Below, piece after piece: positions 56,722 through 64,000 of a DNA stretch of 64,000 bases (positions are counted from its first letter, which is position 1; each line of letters opens with the position of its first letter). The notes below the pieces were generated by a model. It did no database searches, had not been told where the DNA came from, and saw only the letters and a list, made by a program, of their open reading frames with translations. The stretch comes from Candidatus Anderseniibacteriota bacterium (lineage in GTDB: Bacteria > Patescibacteriota > Andersenbacteria > UBA10190), in NCBI GenBank assembly GCA_040876835.1, contig JBBDOX010000018.1:18232-82231 (forward strand). Reading direction: 5' to 3'. Both the position numbers and the translations under genes were made by a program.

Positions 56722-57708
56722 CTACGGCGGCAGCTTCGTGGCTACTCGTAGTTTCGCGGAACGAGCCCGCGGATTGGTGACAACCTCCCCCTCCGTTGCC
56801 ACAATTGGCTTTTTTGTTTCTATATGCAGTCGTGGTTTACGATCGCACGTGCATACCGGCTGCTCTGGCGGACAGACGCATATTCGAGCCTGTTCCCGGA
56901 AAAACCGCTTTACGATTCGATCTTCCAGACTATGAAAGCTTATCACGGCTAGCTTGCCGTTTGGCTGCAGTACTTCCATTGCCTGGGGCAGAGCGGCCTG
57001 GAGGGCTTCCAGCTCCCGGTTTACTGCCAGGCGTAGAGCCTGAAACGTTCGCGTGGCCGGATGAATACGACCTCGCTCGTATCTACTAGGCAAAGCGCTT
57101 GTAATAATTGCGGCCAGCTCCTGAGCTGTCTGTGGGAGTGGCGCGTTTTTAATTGCCCCAGCTACCCTGCTAGCCATTTTCTCTTCTCCATACATGCGGA
57201 TTAACTGCGCCAGTTCCCGATAGTCTAATCTGTGAAGAACATCCATGGCATCGGGGAGAGCGCCTAAGCGTTGCTCCAAGATATTGAGAGGCTCAAGCAT
57301 TGCCGGTGGCAATCCTTCCTGCTGCCCATACCGCATCGTAAGCGCACCCGCTCCCTGGAATGCAAACCCGCGCTTACTGTCTGCGAGCTGATGGCTGCCA
57401 ATACCCAGATCAAACAGGACATGGGTAATGCGCACATCAGATGGAACAACTTCCGCCAAACGCGCAAAGTTGCTGTGAATGTAAACAACTTGATCGGCCC
57501 ACGCGCTTAAGTTGTTTCTGGCTGCTGCTAGGGCCTCCTCATCAGCGTCGAGTCCAATGACACGGGCTGTGGGGCTTATGGTCAGATATGCTTTAGCGTG
57601 TCCGCCATGGCCGAGCGTTGCATCCAGCAGTACATCTTCTGCTCGTGGTGAAAATTGAGAAAGAACCTCTTCTTTTAGAACCGGAATATGCTCCTGGAAG
57701 TCTTCCAT
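56722..57708 (-). CDS. rsmH: 16S rRNA (cytosine1402-N4)-methyltransferase RsmH/MraW
   Basis: 'HIPVLKEEVL', 'LDATLGHGGHA' and 'DLGIGSHQL' motifs. Confidence 0.9.
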   Translation of the reverse strand: MEDFQEHIPVLKEEVLSQFSPRAEDVLLDATLGHGGHAKAYLTISPTARVIGLDADEEALAAARNNLSAWADQVVYIHSNFARLAEVVPSDVRITHVLFDLGIGSHQLADSKRGFAFQGAGALTMRYGQQEGLPPAMLEPLNILEQRLGALPDAMDVLHRLDYRELAQLIRMYGEEKMASRVAGAIKNAPLPQTAQELAAIITSALPSRYERGRIHPATRTFQALRLAVNRELEALQAALPQAMEVLQPNGKLAVISFHSLEDRIVKRFFREQARICVCPPEQPVCTCDRKPRLHIETKKPIVATEGEVVTNPRARSAKLRVATKLPP

Positions 57709-57714
57709 AATGGA

Positions 57715-58146
57715 TTAGATTCCCAGATCGCTCATTGCCTCGGCAATATTGTCGCTCTCTGCTTCAGTCTCAGCTTTGTACTCGTTCCAGGCATCCTCAT
57801 TCCAGATTTCAATCCGGCTGTAGAGCCCGGTAACGGTTACGTGCTTTCCGAGTGAAGCATATTTGCGCAAATACTCCGGCAGCATAACGCGGCCTTGACC
57901 ATCCAGCTGCGTGTCCCATGCCCCAGCCAGCATCAAACGAGCAAATGCTCGGCTTTTCTTCTGGGTTACAGGCAGGGCCGCCAACTTTTCGGCCATCTGC
58001 TCCCACTGCGCACGAGTGTATACAAACAAACAGTGATCCAGTCCACGAGTAATGACTACTCCTTCGACTAAATCCCGCCGGAACTTGGAGGGCATGTTCA
58101 CCCGACCCTTCTCATCAATTGTGTGACTGTATTCTCCTATAAACAT
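57715..58146 (-). CDS. mraZ: Transcriptional regulator MraZ
   Basis: 'MFIGEYSHTIDEKGRVNMPSKFR' and a duplicated DXXXR half-domain. Confidence 0.9.
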   Translation of the reverse strand: MFIGEYSHTIDEKGRVNMPSKFRRDLVEGVVITRGLDHCLFVYTRAQWEQMAEKLAALPVTQKKSRAFARLMLAGAWDTQLDGQGRVMLPEYLRKYASLGKHVTVTGLYSRIEIWNEDAWNEYKAETEAESDNIAEAMSDLGI

Positions 58147-58150
58147 AGAT

Positions 58151-58174
58151 ATGGTAGAGCTTCCGCACGCGGAA
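58151..58174 (-). promoter_or_regulatory. Perfect 11-bp-stem hairpin 9 nt upstream of the mraZ start codon
   Basis: agagcttccgc-ac-gcggaagctct. In the mRNA it sits where a Shine-Dalgarno would be expected. Confidence 0.4.
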
Positions 58175-58361
58175 GCTCTATCGGAAATCGCTTATGCGAT
58201 GTGATGTTTATATCCGGCGTGTTTGTTTTATTCAGATGTTAGCGGTCCTACTGCTTGTAATACCGCAAACATCTCGTACTAGTGAAAGTTCAAAAGAGCA
58301 CCCCCCGATGGAAAGCTAATATGCGGAAAAGAGCATTGTTTCTTTATGTTATCCACAATGT

Positions 58362-58389
58362 CCCCCACTTTTCCCCACTTTTTTCCACC
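58362..58389 (-). promoter_or_regulatory. Putative MraZ boxes (direct GTGGG repeats) upstream of mraZ
   Basis: On the minus strand: GGTGG-aaaaaa-GTGGG-gaaaa-GTGGG, matching the MraZ binding repeat architecture (GTGGG direct repeats with 5-6 nt spacers). Confidence 0.5.
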
Positions 58390-58547
58390 TGCATCCACGA
58401 TACTACCCCGTGACCCACCACGCAACACAATACACCATGATTTTTCCACACCATATACCCTTTCGTTATCCTCAGCGTAACCCTGGGACGTGCTGGAAGA
58501 GTTTCCCGCAGGGAAATCAACTGTACAATATGTGTTTAAGCGCTCCT

Positions 58548-59168
58548 CTAGTCCTTTGAGAGAATGCCACCTTCGTAGAGAATCAACTGAACGGAGAGAA
58601 ATAATCCCGCTCCTACGGTATTCATCAGGAGGTCGAGTGAGGTATCAAACCCAGCTCCGATGGTATGGGTCCCCAAACTCTGATCTAAAAATAATTCCAC
58701 GATTTCGTTCATTACTCCGGCGAGGGAGGTTATTGATAATACCAACAGGGATGTGTAGTACGGATGCTCCCGCCAGACCTTTTGCGGCAAGTACTTTAAA
58801 AAGAATATCCAGACGATATACGCAAAAAGAATGAAGGTGGCAAAGTGCTCGGCCCGGTTAATGATGGGAGCCTTTTCCTGAGCCTGAACTAAAATAGAAA
58901 AGAAATTAAGCAGAACGATGGCAAAAAGCAGAGGAAATGCGAAAGCCAGGTTAATACCCCGCTGCTTAAACCGGTAGTAGATTAGCTCCGAGGCAACATA
59001 GATTCCAATCAAGTAGAGGAACCAGTAGACGCTTAATTTTGAATTCGGAAACCACTGCAGCAGACTTGCCAGTATGGCAAAACAGAAAAATCCCACCAAG
59101 ACAATCCGGCTAGCAATAAGGATGAGCGGCGTCCCTTTTTTTGTAAAAATTTCGGCCGGATCTTTCAT
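58548..59168 (-). CDS. VanZ-like family membrane protein
   Basis: 'MNEIVELFLDQSLGTHTIGAGFDTSLDLLMNTVGAGLF' matches the VanZ conserved core. Four or five TM helices. Confidence 0.5.
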   Translation of the reverse strand: MKDPAEIFTKKGTPLILIASRIVLVGFFCFAILASLLQWFPNSKLSVYWFLYLIGIYVASELIYYRFKQRGINLAFAFPLLFAIVLLNFFSILVQAQEKAPIINRAEHFATFILFAYIVWIFFLKYLPQKVWREHPYYTSLLVLSITSLAGVMNEIVELFLDQSLGTHTIGAGFDTSLDLLMNTVGAGLFLSVQLILYEGGILSKD

Positions 59169-59188
59169 TCCCAGCGTGTGTTAAAAAC

Positions 59189-59938
59189 CTAGGCGCTGGG
59201 GATGGAGTCGCGAACAATATTGGGAGACTTAGTACTGAAAACCTCCTCCGGCTGCATTTCACGCGGTAATTTATTAACTAGTTCCTTATAAGGGCCGCTG
59301 AATATCTGGCGCAGGAAAGTATCGCTGAAGTTTAAACGATATTGCAGCTCATTCATGGTCATAGGCGTATAACTGATTTCCCGGTTGATTTGCTGCTCAA
59401 TGCGCTTGGCAAACATGTCCAGTCGCTGTTCGCTTATGTTCCCGACAATGAACAGGTCAGTCGGGGCACCATGTGCACTAGTAAAATATCCTGTCACACA
59501 AGCGTATTGCACATCCCCTACGTTCTCAATGTGTTTGAACAAGACATCCTCTACTCCTGGACCGGCTTTTTTCATGATGGAAGCCAGCTCTTCATATAAC
59601 GCGAACCCTTCATCGACAACGTAATACTTGCGACGACGCTCGTCGTAGGTCTTGAGCATGCCGATTTTCTCCAGAATTTCTAGCTCGCGACGAACAGCGT
59701 TCAGTCGCTCATTAACTGTGCGGGAAATCTCGCGCACAAAATATGGTCGCTTAACACCGGTAGTAAAAAGAGTAATTATTTTTACTCGTGTACGGGAGCC
59801 AAATATTTTCTCTAACGGAAACGGTTGGTTAGCCATATTGCGTATTAGGAGTGTACTTCGAGGCCTCAAAATACGCAACCACCTCCACCTGCTCCCTGGG
59901 GTAGTCTTTATGAAGCCTTCTTTGAAAGCCTGCTTCAT
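59189..59938 (-). CDS. Winged-helix domain protein (putative transcriptional regulator) with a C-terminal domain of unknown function
   Basis: 'RVKIITLFTTGVKRPYFVREISRTVNERLNAVRRELEILEKIGML' wHTH-like segment. True start uncertain (M1 or M35). Confidence 0.4.
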   Translation of the reverse strand: MKQAFKEGFIKTTPGSRWRWLRILRPRSTLLIRNMANQPFPLEKIFGSRTRVKIITLFTTGVKRPYFVREISRTVNERLNAVRRELEILEKIGMLKTYDERRRKYYVVDEGFALYEELASIMKKAGPGVEDVLFKHIENVGDVQYACVTGYFTSAHGAPTDLFIVGNISEQRLDMFAKRIEQQINREISYTPMTMNELQYRLNFSDTFLRQIFSGPYKELVNKLPREMQPEEVFSTKSPNIVRDSIPSA

Positions 59939-59968
59939 ATCCTTGAATCGAGTGTTATACTGTTCTTT

Positions 59969-62197
59969 ATGCCAAATCCTTCGGATGGAAAACTGCTTCA
60001 GCCCGATGTAACAGAACTAATTCTGTGTGAAAATGATGCCTACGCCTGTGAAACATACATTTTCGAACCATCGCCTGGTGAACAACGTTTGGGGTACCTG
60101 TTTGCTGCAGCTGAAACAGAAAACCGAGATGGGATCGGATCAGAGTTATTGGATACCATTATTACAGCTATTCAAAAGGAATATTTCCGGGACAAGCAAC
60201 GCAGCCCCGAGACAAGCTTTGAAATGGCCCTACATCAGGCCAACCTTATTCTGCATGACACAGCCGATCAGGGACTAAGAGATTGGATGCGCCATTTTCA
60301 CGTTGCCATCGGAGCCCTGGCTGGTCACAATCTTCACTTAAGCATCGCCGGTAACGGACGGGCCTTCTTGTCCCGCAAAAGCAATCTAACTGATATTTCT
60401 GAGGGATTATCCCAAGGAGTTATCACCGATCCTCTCCAAACATTCTCTCAGGTAGCCAGCGGAGAAATTCAGCCGCGGGATACTCTCTTTCTGGCCACCT
60501 CCGCGTTTGGAGAAATGTTTCGTCCCATTGATATTACACGCCTGACTTTAGACCACTCGGCCACCACAATTTCCGGCCGCCTGGGACAACTATACAGTGA
60601 TCAGCGGCACACTGACCCCCTGGCTTTCGTAACCGTTGCCTTACTGCCACAGTACGTAGTCAAGCCGGCCAGCCGGCGCAGTTCCGATGAGCCCAACATT
60701 CGAAGAGCGGCCCCGCCTATCTCTCAGGAGCAAATAAAGCCCCGGCAACCCCTGGTTATTCACCGCTCCACCTTTCAGCGTATCCTGCTGTTTATCGCCC
60801 AGTTGGCAGTCACGGCCTGGAAAACAATTCAACTGCGCCTGTGGCCCCTGATGAAAAAAGGTTCGGTCAAGAGCGGTCGGGTTATGGTTTCAGCCTCCAA
60901 GGCTACGGGTCGAAACATCCATTCCCTAGCCCAGCGCCGCAAAAAGGACGAGCAGTCCCGCTCGATCACTCTGCGAGCCCCTCATATCTCCCGGGATTCT
61001 ATCCGTAACGGTATTGGAGTAGCAGTAGCGTATGTGATCTCTATCCCCCTGCGGGCAAAATATGCCTTCACTGCTTTGCCACGAATGGGGAAGATTTTTG
61101 GAGTCTTGTCCTTAGCCTTAGTTATTGCGCTAGTTACCAGTCTGTTTCTCTTACGCGAAAAACGTACGGCTGATGAAGACATCCAACGCGCCAGCGAACT
61201 ACTTCATGAAGCAACTACGAAAGCTCAGGCGGCGGAGACAGCTTTAATTTATGATAACCGAGACCAGGCAACGGGTTTGCTGGGTGAGGCTCAGAGTATT
61301 GTAACGCAGCTGGTTGCCAGCGGACTGTATGAGGCAGAGGTGAGAAGCCTGCAGACAGATATAACTGGTCAATACGATCGACTGCAACGCATTACCCGCA
61401 CTGATGATTCTTCGGTGCGTGTGATTACGGATCTGGCCACGATTACATCCAAGCAGCCCCGGGTTCTCTTTGCCACTCCGGACGCGTTGTACACAATCCA
61501 CCCGGAAACCAACGCTATCATTAAAATAAACCCAGATGGGGCTGCTCAGACCGTTCACGAAACCAGTGAAGGCGTCGGATTTGTTACCGGAGGTGTATCT
61601 CATCCTTCTGATAAAATGCTGATCTTTCGCACCTCTCCGGCTGGTATCGCAACCTATGACACCGTGGATGGGTCGTTTACCCAGCAGGAGATCTCATTCT
61701 CTTCACAACAGCCAGACATCAAGGATATCGCTGTTTACGGTAACCGCCTGTATGTTTATGATGCTGCCGCTGATCAGATTCTGTCATACAACAAAACATT
61801 ACGCGGCTACAGCAGTGGCTCAGCCTGGATTGAAGATCAGAGTTTCCCCAAGGATTCAATTGAGAGCCTGGCCATTGATGGCAGCGCATATACATTGCAT
61901 TCCGACGGGACAATTCGCCGACTGTTTAAAGGAGTGGCCGCAGACTTCGTGCCAGAGAAAGTTGAACCTTCTCTCCAAGGATCCACTAAAATCATTACTA
62001 CCGAAAGTGCCAATAATATATACGTTATCGATCCCGCGAATCGACGCGTGATAATATTCTCGAAAAAAGGAACCCTGATTAGTCAGCTCGTTATAAGTTC
62101 AGCTACAACAGTGAGTGACATTGCTGTCAGCGATGATGAAACTAAACTATACGTCCTGGACGGAACGCGCGTCCTGGAAGTCTCGCTGGTAAAGTAA
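59969..62197 (+). CDS. Membrane protein: N-terminal degenerate PP2C-like domain, one TM, and a C-terminal beta-propeller-like ectodomain
   Basis: 'YLFAAAETENRDGIGSEL' and 'HLSIAGNGRAFLSRK' (GDSR changed to GNGR) in PP2C order. TM 'GVLSLALVIALVTSLFLL'. The C-terminus has repeated beta blades ('LYVYDAAADQIL', 'IYVIDPANRRVI', 'LYVLDGTRV'). Confidence 0.45.
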   Translation: MPNPSDGKLLQPDVTELILCENDAYACETYIFEPSPGEQRLGYLFAAAETENRDGIGSELLDTIITAIQKEYFRDKQRSPETSFEMALHQANLILHDTADQGLRDWMRHFHVAIGALAGHNLHLSIAGNGRAFLSRKSNLTDISEGLSQGVITDPLQTFSQVASGEIQPRDTLFLATSAFGEMFRPIDITRLTLDHSATTISGRLGQLYSDQRHTDPLAFVTVALLPQYVVKPASRRSSDEPNIRRAAPPISQEQIKPRQPLVIHRSTFQRILLFIAQLAVTAWKTIQLRLWPLMKKGSVKSGRVMVSASKATGRNIHSLAQRRKKDEQSRSITLRAPHISRDSIRNGIGVAVAYVISIPLRAKYAFTALPRMGKIFGVLSLALVIALVTSLFLLREKRTADEDIQRASELLHEATTKAQAAETALIYDNRDQATGLLGEAQSIVTQLVASGLYEAEVRSLQTDITGQYDRLQRITRTDDSSVRVITDLATITSKQPRVLFATPDALYTIHPETNAIIKINPDGAAQTVHETSEGVGFVTGGVSHPSDKMLIFRTSPAGIATYDTVDGSFTQQEISFSSQQPDIKDIAVYGNRLYVYDAAADQILSYNKTLRGYSSGSAWIEDQSFPKDSIESLAIDGSAYTLHSDGTIRRLFKGVAADFVPEKVEPSLQGSTKIITTESANNIYVIDPANRRVIIFSKKGTLISQLVISSATTVSDIAVSDDETKLYVLDGTRVLEVSLVK

Positions 62198-62199
62198 AA

Positions 62200-63957
62200 T
62201 TAAGAGGCTCGCTCAAATTGAGCTGGGTTAATAGTCACAGCTACGCCCGGTTGAGTGCCTCCGGATGCCACCTGCCGGGCGACAGCATACTCCACTGTAT
62301 CTTGAATAGCGCGCGCCATAGGGCGAGCCCCAAACTCGGGATTGTATCCAACTTTCACCAGGAAGTTAATCAGCTCATCGGTAACATTCACCGTAATACC
62401 ATGCTGGGAATCCAGTCGCTTGTTTAGCTTCTTGAGCATTAATGAAGCTACTTGACGGATATGTTCCTGCGTTAAGGGCGTAAAGGTAACCACGCCATCA
62501 AAGCGGTTTAATTCTTCCGGACGAAACAGCCCTTCAGACAAGATATGATCTCGCAGCGTCTTTTCGAAGTCCGCAGGAACTTTTCCTTGCTCATCAACAC
62601 TGGTCCGGATTAATTCAGCCCCGGCATTGCTGGTGGCAACAATAATGGTGTTACGAAAAGAATATTTACGACCATAGGCATCAGTAATATATCCCTCATC
62701 AAATACTGGCAGGAAGAGCTGCTTAACTAATCGGTCAGCTTTCTCAAACTCGTCCAGCAACAACACTGCATAGGGATGATCAGCCACCATTGATGTCAGG
62801 CGTCCAGTTTTGTGTTCTGCGCCCCCCAGTAAACGTACAACTCCTCCCTCTCCCTGAAATTCTGTCATGTCCAGACGCTGTAAATTCTCACCTGATCCGA
62901 AAAACGCTTCGGCGAGAGCTTTGGCAGTTTCGGTTTTACCTACACCCGTGGGCCCTAAAAACAGAAATGTTCCAATTGGTTTTTCACGACTGCCCACTCC
63001 GGCCCGAGCGCGAACCATGGCCCGAGACACCGCCGCTACTCCCTGCACCTGGTTAACTACTCGCTGGTGAATAAAGTCTTCCAGGTGAAGCAACCGCTCA
63101 CCCTCGAGTCCCTTAATCTTCCCCATGCGGATTCCCGTCTTGCGAGTAATCAATTCGTTCACATCATCAGCTGAAAGCTGTCGTTTTTGTTGAGCCTGAG
63201 CATTTACAATAATTTCTTCTAATATGTCGAAGGCTTTTTCCGGGAATGGTACGTATGGCAAAATATCTGCTGTTGCTTCGACAATTTCTCGCAACACTTT
63301 GTACGGTATATTCACGTTTGCCCTCTGCTCCCAAGCACTCTTGGTAAGGGCCAACAGCTGCAGAGTGCTTTGTTCATCCAGTGGAGGTACTTGTACCATC
63401 TCAAACAGATGCATCAGGTCGTCATTTGCTTTGAGTCGTTCGTGATATTCCTGGGTAGCCATAATGACAACTACACGGAGACCGGAAGATGAAAAGAACG
63501 GCAGCAACACGTCAGTGAGATTAATGCGCTCCTCACCGGTGACGCCCAAGATACTGCCCACGCCATCGAGAACCGCAATAATGTTGCCCGCACGTTGCAT
63601 TTCCGCCAACGCCTTGGAGATAAGCTGCATCTGCTGAGGTCCTGAGGCCCCTAGCGAGAGAAGCTGGCCGATGTGAATATATACTACCCGACTACCATTA
63701 AGCGCCGGGTGAGCTATCTGCGCATCTACACGACGAGACAACTCTTTAATGACTCCCAGCCGCCCGACACCTGGTTGGCCCACCAACAATACGTTGCTCT
63801 GCCGAGTGCGAGCTAAAGACGTAATAAGTTGGTCAACCTGATCGAAGTGTCCATAGGGTTGGTCCCATATATTGCCAGAGGGAATATGAGCAAAGCTATC
63901 AATAAAGGGAGTGAACCCTGCCGCCCAGGAGAATCCGACTCCAGTAAAATTTACCAA
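62200..63957 (-). CDS. ClpA/ClpB-family AAA+ ATPase lacking the N-domain, with a degenerate D1 Walker A
   Basis: D1 'GQPGVGRLGV' (K replaced by R/L). D2 'GPTGVGKTETAKALA' and sensor-2 'GARPMARAIQ'. Confidence 0.7.
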   Translation of the reverse strand: MVNFTGVGFSWAAGFTPFIDSFAHIPSGNIWDQPYGHFDQVDQLITSLARTRQSNVLLVGQPGVGRLGVIKELSRRVDAQIAHPALNGSRVVYIHIGQLLSLGASGPQQMQLISKALAEMQRAGNIIAVLDGVGSILGVTGEERINLTDVLLPFFSSSGLRVVVIMATQEYHERLKANDDLMHLFEMVQVPPLDEQSTLQLLALTKSAWEQRANVNIPYKVLREIVEATADILPYVPFPEKAFDILEEIIVNAQAQQKRQLSADDVNELITRKTGIRMGKIKGLEGERLLHLEDFIHQRVVNQVQGVAAVSRAMVRARAGVGSREKPIGTFLFLGPTGVGKTETAKALAEAFFGSGENLQRLDMTEFQGEGGVVRLLGGAEHKTGRLTSMVADHPYAVLLLDEFEKADRLVKQLFLPVFDEGYITDAYGRKYSFRNTIIVATSNAGAELIRTSVDEQGKVPADFEKTLRDHILSEGLFRPEELNRFDGVVTFTPLTQEHIRQVASLMLKKLNKRLDSQHGITVNVTDELINFLVKVGYNPEFGARPMARAIQDTVEYAVARQVASGGTQPGVAVTINPAQFERAS

Positions 63958-64000
63958 GGCCTCCCTGTCCCACCAACGCTTTTTGTTTTCCCGTTCGATC

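Noticed and set aside
1-64000. CRISPR arrays and other tandem repeats
   Set aside because: No regularly spaced direct repeats with unique spacers were seen. The only short tandem repeats are the GTGGG MraZ boxes and the duplicated codons in the small peptide gene.

Overview
This 64 kb window is a gene-dense bacterial chromosomal segment with ~48-50% GC in the core genes and the standard genetic code (TAA, TGA and TAG all appear as stops). It is consistent with a small-genome bacterium, possibly CPR/Patescibacteria-like, but I cannot place the lineage from sequence alone.

Core housekeeping genes I recognise:
- Ribosomal proteins: rpmA (L27), rplI (L9), rplU (L21).
- Aminoacyl-tRNA synthetases: aspS, cysS.
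- Nucleotide and cofactor metabolism: pyrG, riboflavin synthase ribE, a stand-alone riboflavin kinase.
- Chaperones: a CIRCE-controlled hrcA-grpE-dnaK-[membrane ORF]-dnaJ operon.
- DNA replication and repair: dnaB, recR, lexA, rmuC, a DnaQ-like exonuclease.
- Proteolysis and stress: a Ctp (S41) protease, Fe/Mn superoxide dismutase.
- Cell division (dcw-type cluster): mraZ-rsmH-ftsL-ftsI-murF-like, with putative MraZ boxes upstream.
- Cell envelope polysaccharide cluster: lytic transglycosylase, processive GT2 synthase, MraY/WecA-family transferase.
- tRNAs: tRNA-Lys(UUU) and tRNA-Glu(CUC).
- A 1447-aa membrane-anchored surface protein with phage-tail-fibre-like and C1q-like modules.

The most unusual signal is a set of more than a dozen compositionally distinct orphan genes, roughly 56-60% GC by eye and strongly GC3-biased. 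They sit singly or in small islands between core genes, and several have their own sigma70-like promoter (where I could see one) and intrinsic terminator. Several share a short N-terminal motif, so they form a paralog family. One island encodes a radical-SAM-fold enzyme with a non-canonical Cx5Cx3C cysteine cluster, translationally coupled to a small K/E-rich peptide with a duplicated N-terminal motif. Another island, beside tRNA-Lys, carries two paralogous Cys-motif proteins behind TGTCA/TGACA palindromes.

Other observations: a T-box-like attenuator leader before aspS, diverged direct repeats bracketing a methyltransferase gene, degenerate Walker A motifs in a MurF-like and a Clp-like ATPase, a tandem zinc-ribbon protein, and a seven-fold Cys-x2-Gly repeat secreted protein.

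All calls come from reading the sequence and the six-frame ORF track. No database searches were run.
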